From assembly GCA_965238075.1 (NCBI GenBank), contig OZ250173.1, forward strand, positions 1,056,001 through 1,120,000: a stretch of DNA of 64,000 nucleotides, read 5' to 3'. Below are positions 29,827 to 39,895 of this stretch, in pieces. Within the stretch, counting starts at the first letter, position 1. Every line of letters begins with the position of its first letter. The position numbers and the translations under genes are program-made. The notes under the pieces were generated by a model that was given only the letters and a program-made list of their open reading frames with translations, was not told the origin of the DNA and searched no databases. The stretch is from Candidatus Entotheonellaceae bacterium. Lineage in GTDB: Bacteria > Tectomicrobia > Entotheonellia > Entotheonellales > Entotheonellaceae.

Positions 29827-31158
29827 ATGGCAGAGCACCCATTGCCCGGCGGCGCCATGGCGCCGGACGGGGGTCACAAGAACACGCTGACCGACATGTT
29901 CAAGGAGGCAGGGCTGGCGGCGCTCGTTGCGTTGCTGCTGGCGTTGCCCATGGCCGGCTTTCGGACCACGGAATCCCTCGTCGGGCTCAATCTTGATTTT
30001 CGTCCCCTCTTCGTCATTGTTGCCGTGGCGATTGTGTTCCTCGGCCGCGTCCTGCTGATCGTGCTGCGCGAGCGCCGCGGCGTCGCGACGCGCAGCGACG
30101 GCGGCGCGGGTCTGATGGACCGCATCGCGCGCGGCGCCTCGGCGGGCTCGACGACCATCGGCGTCGTCATCCTGGCCGTGGCGGTCCTCCTGCCGTTCAT
30201 GCCGTTTTCCAGCCGCTACCTCATCGACACGGCGACCACCGTCCTCATTTACGTCATGCTCGGCTGGGGGCTGAACATCGTGGTCGGGCTGGCGGGCCTG
30301 CTGGACCTGGGCTACGTGGCCTTCTACGCGGTCGGCGCCTACTCCTACGCCCTGCTGGCGACGCAATTTGGCCTGTCGTTCTGGATCTGTCTGCCCCTGG
30401 CCGGCGTACTTGCGGCCCTGGCGGGCGTTCTGCTCGGCTTTCCGGTGCTGCGACTGCGCGGCGACTATCTGGCCATCGTGACGCTCGGATTCGGCGAGAT
30501 CGTTCGGCTCATCCTGTTGAACTGGTACGAGGTCACCAACGGCCCCGACGGCATTTCCCGCATCCCCCGCCCGACCTTCCTCGGTCTTGAGTTCACGCGC
30601 CGGCCAACCGAGGGCATCACGGCGTTTCATCAGTACTTCGATATCCCCTACTCCGGCCAGCATCGGGTGATCTTTCTGTATTTCCTGATTCTGGCGCTCG
30701 CCTTGCTGACCAACCTGTTTACGCAGCGCATTCGCAAGTTGCCCGTCGGACGCGGCTGGGAGGCGCTGCGCGAGGATGAGATCGCCTGCCGGTCGCTCGG
30801 CATCAACCCGACGAACACCAAGCTGACGGCGTTCGGCCTGGGGGCGCTGTTCGGGGGCTTCGCGGGCGCCTTCTTCGCCACCCGGCAGGGGTTCATCAGC
30901 CCGGAGAGCTTCACGTTCATCGAGTCGGCCATCATCCTGTCCATCGTCGTGCTGGGCGGCATGGGCAGCCAGCTCGGCGTGGTGCTGGCGGCGGTGCTGC
31001 TGATCGTTCTGCCCGAGCTCGGCCGCGAGCTGGCGCAGTTCCGCATGCTGGTCTTCGGCGCCGCCATGGTGGGCATCATGGTGTGGCGTCCGCGCGGCCT
31101 GCTGGCCCACCGCGAGCCCACCCTGCTGCTCTACGGCAAGGGACGAGGTGCGACATGA
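29827..31158 (+). CDS. livM: Branched-chain amino acid ABC permease
   Basis: GLNIVVGLAGLLDLGYVAFY, LRLRGDYLAIVTLGFGEI. Confidence 0.92.
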   Translation: MAEHPLPGGAMAPDGGHKNTLTDMFKEAGLAALVALLLALPMAGFRTTESLVGLNLDFRPLFVIVAVAIVFLGRVLLIVLRERRGVATRSDGGAGLMDRIARGASAGSTTIGVVILAVAVLLPFMPFSSRYLIDTATTVLIYVMLGWGLNIVVGLAGLLDLGYVAFYAVGAYSYALLATQFGLSFWICLPLAGVLAALAGVLLGFPVLRLRGDYLAIVTLGFGEIVRLILLNWYEVTNGPDGISRIPRPTFLGLEFTRRPTEGITAFHQYFDIPYSGQHRVIFLYFLILALALLTNLFTQRIRKLPVGRGWEALREDEIACRSLGINPTNTKLTAFGLGALFGGFAGAFFATRQGFISPESFTFIESAIILSIVVLGGMGSQLGVVLAAVLLIVLPELGRELAQFRMLVFGAAMVGIMVWRPRGLLAHREPTLLLYGKGRGAT

Positions 31159-32045
31159 CGCAAGCGGCGAGCGACAACAGCGTGTTGCTGACCGTTGGGC
31201 ACATGACGATGCGCTTCGGCGGCCTGCTGGCCATCGACGACCTGTCCTTCGAGGCCAGGAAGGGGGAAATTACCGCCATCATCGGCCCGAACGGCGCCGG
31301 CAAAACCACGGTTTTCAACTGCCTGACCGGTTTCTACAAGCCCACCGTCGGGCGGCTCGCCCTGCATCACCCCAATGGCACGATGCTGCTGGAACGCATG
31401 GAAGGGTTCCGCATCGCGCAGCGCGGCGGCGTGGCGCGGACCTTTCAGAACATCCGGCTGTTCGGCCGCATGACCGTCCTGGAAAACCTGATCGTGGCGC
31501 AGCACAACGTCCTCATGAAGGCCTCGGCGTTTACGGTTGCCGGGCTGCTGGGGCTGCCGCGCTACCGCCGTGCCGAGCGGCAAGCCATCGCCAAGGCGCG
31601 CGAGTGGCTGGACAAGGTACAGCTTCTGGACGTCGCCGATTGGGAAGCCGACAACCTGCCCTACGGCGCCCAACGGCGGCTCGAAATCGCCCGTTGCATG
31701 TGCACCGATCCGTTTCTGCTCTGCCTCGACGAGCCCGCTGCCGGCCTCAATCCGCGCGAATCCGCGGAACTGAATGCGATGCTGCGCAACATCCGCGACG
31801 AGCAAGGAATCGGCCTGCTGCTCATCGAGCACGACATGAACGTGGTCATGGGCATCTCGGACCACATCGTGGTGCTGGATTACGGACGCAAGATCGCCGA
31901 CGGCACGCCGACCGAGGTGCGTAACGACCCGGTGGTCATCCGGGCCTATCTCGGGGAAGAAGAGGAGGGCGAGTTGCCGCCCGTGGTCAGCGACACCATG
32001 CGGGCGCAGCCGGAGGGAACGGACGACAACGCAGGAACGGCATGA
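31155..32045 (+). CDS. livG: Branched-chain amino acid ABC ATPase
   Basis: GPNGAGKTT, RTFQNIRLF, LDEPAAGLN, IEHDM. Confidence 0.92.
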   Translation: MTQAASDNSVLLTVGHMTMRFGGLLAIDDLSFEARKGEITAIIGPNGAGKTTVFNCLTGFYKPTVGRLALHHPNGTMLLERMEGFRIAQRGGVARTFQNIRLFGRMTVLENLIVAQHNVLMKASAFTVAGLLGLPRYRRAERQAIAKAREWLDKVQLLDVADWEADNLPYGAQRRLEIARCMCTDPFLLCLDEPAAGLNPRESAELNAMLRNIRDEQGIGLLLIEHDMNVVMGISDHIVVLDYGRKIADGTPTEVRNDPVVIRAYLGEEEEGELPPVVSDTMRAQPEGTDDNAGTA

Positions 32046-32764
32046 TGCTCAGTATTCAGGGAGTGCACACCTTCTACGGCCAGATCGAGGCGCTGAAGGG
32101 CGTCGACGTCGAGGTCCAAGAGGGCGAGATCGTCACGCTCATCGGCGCCAACGGGGCCGGCAAGTCGACGCTGCTGATGACCATCTGCGGCAACCCACGC
32201 GCCGCCAGCGGGCGCATTTATTTCGATGGCCAGGACATTACCGACCTGCCAACGCACAACATCATTCATCGCGGCGTCGCCCAGGCCCCGGAAGGGCGGC
32301 GCATTTTTCCGCGCATGACGGTCATCGAGAACCTGCGCATGGGCGCCCTCTCCACCGACGACGCCTATTTCGCGGACGACATGGCGAGCGTTTTCGACCT
32401 CTTCCCGCTCCTGCGGGCAAGGCGCAACCAGCGCGGCGGCACGCTTTCCGGCGGCGAGCAGCAGATGCTTGCCGTCGGCCGCGCCCTGATGAGCCGCCCA
32501 AAACTCCTGTTGCTCGACGAACCGTCGCTTGGCTTGGCCCCATTGATCGTCAAGCAGCTTTTCGCGGTGATCAAGGAGATCAACGAGCAGCAGCGGGTGA
32601 CCATTTTCCTGGTGGAGCAAAACGCTTATCACGCCTTGCGGCTGGCGCACCGGGGCTACGTCATGGCCACGGGCGAAGTCATCATGGCCGGAACCGGGGC
32701 CGAGTTGCTTGCCAATCCGAGAATCCACGCGGCCTACCTGGAAGGCGGGCATCAGGGAGCATAG
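32042..32764 (+). CDS. livF: Branched-chain amino acid ABC ATPase
   Basis: GANGAGKST, LSGGEQQML, DEPSLGLAP. Confidence 0.92.
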   Translation: MMLSIQGVHTFYGQIEALKGVDVEVQEGEIVTLIGANGAGKSTLLMTICGNPRAASGRIYFDGQDITDLPTHNIIHRGVAQAPEGRRIFPRMTVIENLRMGALSTDDAYFADDMASVFDLFPLLRARRNQRGGTLSGGEQQMLAVGRALMSRPKLLLLDEPSLGLAPLIVKQLFAVIKEINEQQRVTIFLVEQNAYHALRLAHRGYVMATGEVIMAGTGAELLANPRIHAAYLEGGHQGA

Positions 32765-32768
32765 AGCG

Positions 32769-33122
32769 TTGGAAGGCATCCTGGGATCATCGCTTGGTGT
32801 TTTTATCGGTCTAAATGTTATATTGTTCGGCATCGCCTCGTGGATGACCGGAGGGGCCCTCGCCGAGAGTTGGAAATCGCTCTGGCCGGCCCTGCCTTAC
32901 AGCCTCCTGCTGAGCCTCGGGTCGCGTTTTCTCACCTATGCACTCTTCGATGGCGAGTTTCTGGCGGCGAGCGGGTATGTGGTCTCGGCCGTCGTGTTGT
33001 GGTTCATCATGTTCATCGCCTACCGACTCAATCGGGCGCGGCTGATGGTTCAGCAATATCCCTGGATGTACGAACGCCGCTGGCTGTTTGCCTGGCGGGC
33101 GAAAACGCCGGACGCAGCCTGA
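32769..33122 (+). CDS. Small membrane protein of liv operons (DUF6867-like)
   Basis: 3 TM segments, RFL.YALF.G, MVQQYPWMYER. Confidence 0.7.
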   Translation: MEGILGSSLGVFIGLNVILFGIASWMTGGALAESWKSLWPALPYSLLLSLGSRFLTYALFDGEFLAASGYVVSAVVLWFIMFIAYRLNRARLMVQQYPWMYERRWLFAWRAKTPDAA

Positions 33123-33167
33123 TGCTTGTGGGGCGGCTCCCATTACCCATATGAATGGAAGGAGAGG

Positions 33168-34277
33168 ATGCTGATGCGCGGACTTACCGTAACCCTATTG
33201 GCCATCGTAACGGCTTTGGCTCTGGGCGCCTCGACGGCCCAGGCGGAAATTGTGATCGCCACCGCTGGTCCCCTGACCGGCCAGTATGCTTCGTTCGGCG
33301 AGCAGATGAAGGCGGGCGCCGAGATGGCCGTCCAAGACCTCAACGCCGCGGGCGGCGTGTTGGGGCAGCAATTGCGGTTGGAGCTCGGCGACGACGCCTG
33401 CGACCCCAAGCAGGCCGTGGCCGTGGCTAATCAGATGGTGAACAAGGGCGTGGTGTTCATGGCCGGGCATTTCTGCTCCGGCTCGTCCATCCCGGCTTCC
33501 GCCGTCTATGACGAGGAAGGCATCGTGCAGATTTCGCCGGCGTCGACCAATCCGAAGCTCACCGACGAGGGCGGCCCGGGCGTCTACCGCGTCTGTGGGC
33601 GGGACGATCAGCAGGGCATCGTAGCGGGGAATTACATCGTGGACAACTATCCCGATGCCAAGATCGCTATCCTGCACGACAAGACCGCGTACGGCAAGGG
33701 CCTGGCCGACGAAACCCTGAAGCAGTTGAACAAGCGCGGCGCGCAGGAAGCCATGTACGAAGCCTACACCGCCGGGGAGAAGGACTACGCAGCCCTGGTG
33801 TCCAAGATGAAGGCCAACAACATCGACATCATCTACATCGGCGGCTACCACACCGAAGCCGGGCTGATTGTACGCCAGGCGCGTGACCGCGGGCTGGAAG
33901 CGCAGTTGATCTCCGGCGATGCCCTGGTCACCCAGGAGTACTGGCAGATCACCGGCAGCGTCGGCGAGGGCACGCTGATGACCTTCAGTCCCGACCCGCG
34001 CAAGAACCCCGACGCCGCCCCGATCGTGAAGCGTTTCCGCGATGCCGGCATCGAGCCGGAAGGCTATGTGCTCTACACGTACGGCGCCATCCAGGCGTGG
34101 GCGCAGGCGGCTGAAAAGGCCGGTTCGACTGACTTCGACCAGGTTGTTGAAGCGCTCAATACCGGCCAGTTCTCGACCGTGCTCGGCGGCATCGGTTTCA
34201 ACGCCAAGGGCGACGTGACCGCGCCCGGGTACGTCTTCTACGTGTGGAGCAACGGCTCCTACGATTACGTCCAGTAG
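33168..34277 (+). CDS. livK: Branched-chain amino acid ABC substrate-binding protein
   Basis: DDACDPKQAVAVAN, GHFCSGSSIPAS, GRDDQQG, HDKTAYGKGLAD. Confidence 0.92.
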   Translation: MLMRGLTVTLLAIVTALALGASTAQAEIVIATAGPLTGQYASFGEQMKAGAEMAVQDLNAAGGVLGQQLRLELGDDACDPKQAVAVANQMVNKGVVFMAGHFCSGSSIPASAVYDEEGIVQISPASTNPKLTDEGGPGVYRVCGRDDQQGIVAGNYIVDNYPDAKIAILHDKTAYGKGLADETLKQLNKRGAQEAMYEAYTAGEKDYAALVSKMKANNIDIIYIGGYHTEAGLIVRQARDRGLEAQLISGDALVTQEYWQITGSVGEGTLMTFSPDPRKNPDAAPIVKRFRDAGIEPEGYVLYTYGAIQAWAQAAEKAGSTDFDQVVEALNTGQFSTVLGGIGFNAKGDVTAPGYVFYVWSNGSYDYVQ

Positions 34278-34420
34278 GATCCAGCTTGGCGGGCGTTCCG
34301 GGTATCCGACCACGGACTGTCCGGACCGCCCGCAATGCCTTCCGTATCAACCGGTTACTCTTCGACCGGCAGGATCGTCGGACGTCTCCTTTCGTGCCAG
34401 GGCGACGGCTCAGCCCGCGG

Positions 34421-34449
34421 TTGACCGGCGCATCCTGCTACGCTATGGT
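34421..34449 (+). promoter_or_regulatory. Sigma70 promoter for nuoBCID
   Basis: TTGACC-17 nt-TATGGT. Confidence 0.55.
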
Positions 34450-34521
34450 TAGGGGCGTTTTACGGGCCGCGCAGGCCGCAATTCCTTCACAAAATCAAGT
34501 GCGTTTGACGGAGAGAGCAGG

Positions 34522-35823
34522 ATGGTGAAAGGCTTCACATTGCCTGGGTCGCAACAGAGAGGCGCGCTCGCGGGGACGAAGATCGACGACCAGATCTTTC
34601 TCACCAGAGCCGATGAGCTCACCAAATGGGCGCGAAGCTACCGGGTGGCCCGCTTGATGAAGCTCCTGGGGGTGATCTGGCTGTTCAGCTGGGCACGGCT
34701 CTCCTCCCTGTGGCCCATGACCTTCGGCCTCGCTTGCTGTGCTATCGAGATGATGGCGACCATGGGGCCGCGGTACGATCTGGACCGCCTCGGCGCCGGG
34801 GCGTTCCGAGCGTCGCCCCGCCAGTCGGACGTCATGATTGTCGCGGGCACCGTGACGCTGAAGATGGCCAGCCGCATCAGACGTCTGTACGCACAGATGC
34901 CGGAACCCAAATTCGTCATTTCCATGGGCGCCTGCGCCAGCGCCGGCGGCCCCTACTGGGATCACGGTTATCACGTGCTCAAGGGGGTTGACAAGGTGGT
35001 GCCGGTGGACGTGTACATCCCCGGATGCCCGCCGCGCCCCGAGGCGCTGCTGGAGGCATTCGTCAAGCTGCAAGACAAAATCCGCCACGGCGCCATGTAC
35101 CAAATCCCCAAAGAACCCGAGAAGTTGATCCGTCCCGCTCCGCAGCTTGCCGCCAAGGCCGCAGCCAAGGTCGCCAAGGCTGCCCCGAAAAAAGCCGCAC
35201 CCGCAACGGCTGCCGCCCCGGCAGCGGCGCCAGCCGCCGTGGAGGAGACCGAGGTGCCCGCCGAGCTGATGAACCGGCCCTTTAAGGAACTCAGCAAGGA
35301 AGAGCGGGTCTTGGTAGCGCGCGCCCGTTCACGGGCCATGCGCGCCAAAGCCGGTGTGCCGGTTGCCGGCCCGGCTGACAGCCCCGCTGAACCCGCTGCC
35401 GCTCCAGCCCCGGCGCCGGTTGAGGCAGAAACCGTCGCGGCGGCCCCCGAGGCCATGGCCGATCCGATGGCGGAAGTGCCGCCCGACCTTCTGCAAAAGC
35501 CGTTCACGGACCTGAGCAAGGAAGAAAAGGTCATTGTCGCGCGCGCCCGTTCCCGGGCCATGCGGGCCAAATCCGGCCTGCTTGAGTCCGCGCCGGCCGA
35601 GGCTGCCCCGGCGCCGGCAGCCGCTGCAGCGCCCGAACCCGCGGCGGAAGAGGCTCCTGCCGCGCTGGCCACGGCCAGTACGGACGCCGACGGCGACGAC
35701 CCCATGGCGGAGGTGCCGCCGGAATTGCTCAGCCGTCCGTTCAAGGACCTCAACAAGGAAGAGCGCGTTATCGTGGCACGCGCCCGCTCGCGGGCCATGC
35801 GCACCAAGAGCGGAAAATCCTAG
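34522..35823 (+). CDS. nuoB: NADH-quinone oxidoreductase subunit B with long repeat-containing C-terminal extension
   Basis: [31 protein letters not shown]; ~240 extra residues. Confidence 0.92.
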   Translation: MVKGFTLPGSQQRGALAGTKIDDQIFLTRADELTKWARSYRVARLMKLLGVIWLFSWARLSSLWPMTFGLACCAIEMMATMGPRYDLDRLGAGAFRASPRQSDVMIVAGTVTLKMASRIRRLYAQMPEPKFVISMGACASAGGPYWDHGYHVLKGVDKVVPVDVYIPGCPPRPEALLEAFVKLQDKIRHGAMYQIPKEPEKLIRPAPQLAAKAAAKVAKAAPKKAAPATAAAPAAAPAAVEETEVPAELMNRPFKELSKEERVLVARARSRAMRAKAGVPVAGPADSPAEPAAAPAPAPVEAETVAAAPEAMADPMAEVPPDLLQKPFTDLSKEEKVIVARARSRAMRAKSGLLESAPAEAAPAPAAAAAPEPAAEEAPAALATASTDADGDDPMAEVPPELLSRPFKDLNKEERVIVARARSRAMRTKSGKS

Positions 35824-35853
35824 ATCTATCCCCCCCTTTAAGGACCCGTCAGC

Positions 35854-36399
35854 ATGACCCCTGAGGCGATTCACGGCGCCCTTCAGCAGCGCTTTGGAGA
35901 GGCCGTGACGGCCTTTGAAGCCGACGCTATCGACCCGACGGTAACGGTCGAGGCGTCCGCCATCCACGACGTTGGCGCTTATCTGCGCAGCGAACCGGGC
36001 ATGATGTTCGATTCACTCATGTGTTTGAGCGGCGTGGATTATGGCGAGGAGAAGAGCAGCCTCGGCGTTGTCTATCATCTTCACTCGACCTCGCTCCGGC
36101 ACACCATCACCCTACGAGTGGAGGTGCCGCGGCAAGACGGCGTGGTGCCAACGGTATGCGACATCTGGCGCACCGCCGAATGGCATGAGCGGGAGGCATT
36201 CGATCTCTTCGGCATGCGTTTTGACCGGCACCCCGATCACCGCCGCATCCTGCTGCCGGACGACTGGGAAGGTCACCCGCTGCTCAAGGATTATCAGGTC
36301 CAGGAGTTCTACCAGGGTATTCCCGTTCCCTACGAGGGCGACCCGCCGGAGATCGGCATGGACGTTTATCGCTTTCAGGACCGCGAGGACCCCGCCTAA
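35854..36399 (+). CDS. nuoC: NADH-quinone oxidoreductase subunit C
   Basis: WHEREAFDLFG..F..HPD.RRILLPDDWEGHPLLKDY. Confidence 0.92.
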   Translation: MTPEAIHGALQQRFGEAVTAFEADAIDPTVTVEASAIHDVGAYLRSEPGMMFDSLMCLSGVDYGEEKSSLGVVYHLHSTSLRHTITLRVEVPRQDGVVPTVCDIWRTAEWHEREAFDLFGMRFDRHPDHRRILLPDDWEGHPLLKDYQVQEFYQGIPVPYEGDPPEIGMDVYRFQDREDPA

Positions 36400-36414
36400 A
36401 CGAAGGATTTAACC

Positions 36415-36960
36415 GTGCTGCAATACTTTCAGAACATCTGGGAAGGCTTCTGGACACCCTTGGTGGGGCTGAGCATGACGTGGCGCAAGCTGTTCACCCC
36501 GGCCGTCACCATGCAATACCCGGAGGAGCGCTGGGAACTGCCGACAAACTCCCGCATGCAACTGTTCGTGAACATGGACGACTGCATCGGCTGCCTGCAG
36601 TGCGAACGTGTCTGCCCGGTGCAGTGCATCAGCATCGACACCGTCAAGGCCATCCCCGGCGAGGTCGAGGCGACAACCACCGGCCACAAGAAGCGCCTGC
36701 ATGTCACCAAGTTCGACATCGACATGGTCAAGTGCTGCTACTGCGACCTGTGCACCTTCCCCTGCCCCACTGAATGCATTTACATGACCCCGAGCTTCGA
36801 GGATTCTTCGCCGGATCGCTATGGCTTGGTTTATCACTTCGTCAACATGACGCCCCGACACGCCGCCGAGCTGGAAGAAAAGGCCCGCCAATTCGACGAG
36901 GCGGAAGCAGCCAGGAAAGAGGCGAAGGCGTCCGAGAAATCCGCTACCGCAACGGCCTGA
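36415..36960 (+). CDS. nuoI: NADH-quinone oxidoreductase subunit I
   Basis: TMQYPEE and two CxxCxxCxxxCP motifs. Confidence 0.88.
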   Translation: MLQYFQNIWEGFWTPLVGLSMTWRKLFTPAVTMQYPEERWELPTNSRMQLFVNMDDCIGCLQCERVCPVQCISIDTVKAIPGEVEATTTGHKKRLHVTKFDIDMVKCCYCDLCTFPCPTECIYMTPSFEDSSPDRYGLVYHFVNMTPRHAAELEEKARQFDEAEAARKEAKASEKSATATA

Positions 36961-36979
36961 TCTCGAGCAGGAAACCAAC

Positions 36980-38149
36980 ATGTCCGCAATGGCACGGCAA
37001 ACCGCCGGCGATGAGTTTGGCATCAGTTACGAGCGGCAGGGCGACGACATGGTCCTGCAGATGGGACCGCAACATCCCAGCACGCACGGGGTGCTGCGGC
37101 TTGAAATCGTCACGGACGGGGAGTTGGTGAAGCACATTACGCCGCACCTCGGCTACCTGCATCGCTGCTTCGAGAAGCACGCCGAGGCGATGACGTACCC
37201 GCAGGTGATCCCCTACGCCGACCGTATGGACTACCTGAGCGCCATGAATCAGGAATTGGCCTATGTGCTGGCGGTGGAAAAGCTCATGGGGCTCAAGGAG
37301 TTTCCCGAGCGCCTGGAATACATCCGCGTGCTCATGGCCGAGCTGCAGCGCATCGCCAGTCATTTGCTGGCCATCGCTACCTACGGCCTGGACCTGGGCG
37401 CCATGACGCCCTTCTTCTGGTGCCTCCGCGATCGCGAAAAGATCCTCGACCTGTTTGAATGGGCAAGCGGTGCGCGCTTACTTTACAACTACCTGTGGAT
37501 CGGCGGCGTGGCGCACGACCTGCCGGCGGGCTACACCGACAAGGTTACGGAATTCATTACCTACTTCGAGCCGCGCGTCCAGGAGTTGAACGATCTGCTG
37601 TCGTCGAACAAGATCTTCATCGAGCGCGCCGCTTCGATCGGCGTCCTGACCGCGGCAGATGCCATCAGTTACGGCATCGGTGGTCCGAATCTGCGGGGCA
37701 GCGGCGTCAAATGGGACCTGCGTAAGGAAGAGCCCTACGGGATTTATGATCGCTTTGAATTCGACGTGCCGGTGGCGATGGGCGAGTTCGGCGTCTTGGG
37801 CTCGGCTTGGGACCGCTACATCGTGCGGGTGCGCGAGATGCTGGAGTCGCTGAAAATTATCCGGCAGGTCGTCGATCAGATGCCGGGCGGCGACCCCAAC
37901 GAGGCCATGCCGCGACGCATTCGCCCGGCGAAGGGCGAGGCGTATCTACGCACCGAATCGCCACGCGGCGAGTTGGGCTTCTACCTGGTCAGCGACGGCA
38001 CCGAGAAGCCGTTCCGCTGCAAGGCGCGCTCACCGTGTTTTACCGCCATCAGCGCTCTGAACGCCATGAACCACGGCGGCATGCTGATCGCTGACGCCGT
38101 CGCGGTGATCGGCAGCCTGGACATCGTGCTGGGTGAGATTGATCGGTAG
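36980..38149 (+). CDS. nuoD: NADH-quinone oxidoreductase subunit D
   Basis: MGPQHPSTHGVLRL, GYLHR, RMDY, ESPRGE, DIVLGEIDR. Confidence 0.95.
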   Translation: MSAMARQTAGDEFGISYERQGDDMVLQMGPQHPSTHGVLRLEIVTDGELVKHITPHLGYLHRCFEKHAEAMTYPQVIPYADRMDYLSAMNQELAYVLAVEKLMGLKEFPERLEYIRVLMAELQRIASHLLAIATYGLDLGAMTPFFWCLRDREKILDLFEWASGARLLYNYLWIGGVAHDLPAGYTDKVTEFITYFEPRVQELNDLLSSNKIFIERAASIGVLTAADAISYGIGGPNLRGSGVKWDLRKEEPYGIYDRFEFDVPVAMGEFGVLGSAWDRYIVRVREMLESLKIIRQVVDQMPGGDPNEAMPRRIRPAKGEAYLRTESPRGELGFYLVSDGTEKPFRCKARSPCFTAISALNAMNHGGMLIADAVAVIGSLDIVLGEIDR

Positions 38150-38185
38150 TCCAGGCTTATCCGGCTTTGATGGCTTGTGTCTGAG

Positions 38186-38214
38186 GTAGGTCGGATTTTC
38201 GAAATGCTCCGACC
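38186..38214 (+). repeat. Solo GTAG-type REP related to those at 4681/5191
   Basis: GTAGGTCGGA...TCCGACC. Confidence 0.6.
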
Positions 38215-38515
38215 CGCCTCTGTTGGCTTCTACTCCAACCGCGTGCAAAGACCACCCCCCCCCTGAACGTCCATTCTCCTCCCCAACCATCACGCTTGCA
38301 CCGCCTGCATGCTCGCCACCACAAGCAAGCCGGCGTTCCACGTGATATCGCCGTTTGACATGTCTACCAATGACCTTTCCGGCATGGTGCTCGTTTTGCT
38401 TGTTTCACCAGGTCGCAAGGCAAGGGGGCCTTTCGCCCGTCGGGCGCAGTAGACCGTCGTGTGTCTTCAGTCGGCCGACAGCGAACGTTGCCAAACACGT
38501 CTGCATTGATACGAA

Positions 38516-38601
38516 TGACAAGTACGTTTTAGTATGACAATACTCATTGTTAATTGTCGCAATGCTGTTGTCTTTCATTGTACTGTCAGAGTACTGTCAG
38601 A
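38516..38601. promoter_or_regulatory. Operator-like array upstream of AbrB-VapC
   Basis: TGACAAGTAC (38516), TGACAATAC (38535), then inverted GTACTGTCAGA twice (38580-38601). Confidence 0.55.
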
Positions 38602-38632
38602 AAAGCACCTGAGACGGTTCGAGGAGCGATAT

Positions 38633-39106
38633 ATGCAAGCGGATGCCGTCGAGATGAAACGCGTCGTGGAAGGCTTGCCTACGATATCCACGAAGATCCG
38701 TGCCCTTGATGCTGCTGGATACATGCGAGCCGACATCGCCAGATTTCTGGGCAAACGTTACCAGCACGTGTGGAACGTTTTGGTGCGAGCCCGGCCGAAA
38801 ACCGAAGCCACACAAGCCCCATGTCCCATGCCCGATGAACCCGGAGACGTCGAATCTCAGAGGATTCGCCTTCTTGCAGACGGACGCATGGTGATCCCCG
38901 CCAAAATGCGGTCGGCCATGCTGATTGATGAGGGCGGCTATCTGACGGCTCGTGTGGTCGAAGGAGAACTGCGGGTGCTGACACCCAAGGCGGCAGTCTT
39001 GAAGCTGCAGAGGAGGATGCGAGAAGAAGTGCCGGAAGGCGTTTCTGTGATTGATGACCTGATCGCCGAAAGGCGCGCCGAGGCACAGCGTGAGGATAGC
39101 GAATGA
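38633..39106 (+). CDS. AbrB/MazE-type antitoxin with additional N-terminal HTH
   Basis: KIRALDAAGYMRADIARFLGKRYQHVWNVL plus DGRMVIPAKMR and DDLIAERRAE. Confidence 0.8.
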   Translation: MQADAVEMKRVVEGLPTISTKIRALDAAGYMRADIARFLGKRYQHVWNVLVRARPKTEATQAPCPMPDEPGDVESQRIRLLADGRMVIPAKMRSAMLIDEGGYLTARVVEGELRVLTPKAAVLKLQRRMREEVPEGVSVIDDLIAERRAEAQREDSE

Positions 39107-39483
39107 TGGTCGTTCTTGATGCCTCGGCTGTGCTTGCAGTCGTCAACGGCGAGCCCGGCGCAGCACGGGTCGAAGATGTCTGGATGGACGCCTCGATAAG
39201 CGCGGCGAATTTTTCCGAGGTCATTGCGAAGCTGGTAGATAACGGCCTCGACGATGCCGATACCATCGGCGTCCTCGAGGCACTGCCGCTTACGGTTCAT
39301 GACGTCGATGTCGCCCAGGCCCGGCGGGCGGGATTGTTGCGCCGTCAGACGCGCGAACACGGCCTGTCGCTCGGTGATCGTGCCTGTTTGGCTTTGGCGG
39401 TATCGCTGGGGCTTCCTGTGATGACGGCAGACCACGCCTGGATGGCTCTGGACCTGGGTATCGAGGTTATTGTGATCCGGTGA
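39103..39483 (+). CDS. vapC: VapC PIN-domain toxin
   Basis: VLDASAVLA...EPG, SAANFSEV, LSLGDRACLALA, TAD. Confidence 0.9.
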   Translation: MMVVLDASAVLAVVNGEPGAARVEDVWMDASISAANFSEVIAKLVDNGLDDADTIGVLEALPLTVHDVDVAQARRAGLLRRQTREHGLSLGDRACLALAVSLGLPVMTADHAWMALDLGIEVIVIR

Positions 39484-39494
39484 TCTGGCAAGGG

Positions 39495-39869
39495 CTATGT
39501 CGCCTGCCGCCGCCGGTAATCCCCGACAGCAGCCTTCACGGCGTCCTCGGCGAGGACGGACGTATGCACCTTCTGCGGGCTCAGGCCGCCGAGCGCCTCG
39601 TTCACCTCGACGCGCGTCAGCGGTATGGGTTCGTTGACGCTGCGTCCGATGAGTAGCTCAGTGGTCACCGACCCGGCAGCGATGGCTGCCGGACAGCCCA
39701 TCGTCTTGAATTTGGCCTCGGCGATGCGTGCGTCGACGATGCGCAGGGTGAGGTGCATGATGTCGCCGCAGGCCGGGTTGGAAACTTCCGCCGCCGCGTC
39801 GGGGTGTTCGATGGCACCGATATTGCGGGGATTGTCGAAATGCTCGTGAACCGCATCCGAGTATCGCAT
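39495..39869 (-). CDS. iscU: IscU/NifU-N family scaffold, third Cys replaced
   Basis: HFDNPRNIG, PACGD, GC..AIA; KVHTS instead of KxHCS. Confidence 0.85.
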   Translation of the reverse strand: MRYSDAVHEHFDNPRNIGAIEHPDAAAEVSNPACGDIMHLTLRIVDARIAEAKFKTMGCPAAIAAGSVTTELLIGRSVNEPIPLTRVEVNEALGGLSPQKVHTSVLAEDAVKAAVGDYRRRQAT

Positions 39870-39895
39870 GCCGTGTCCTCTCTTTCCGTCCCGCC

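Noticed and set aside
36980-38149. Group 4 NiFe hydrogenase large subunit
   Set aside because: No Ni-binding CxxC motifs; standard NuoD.
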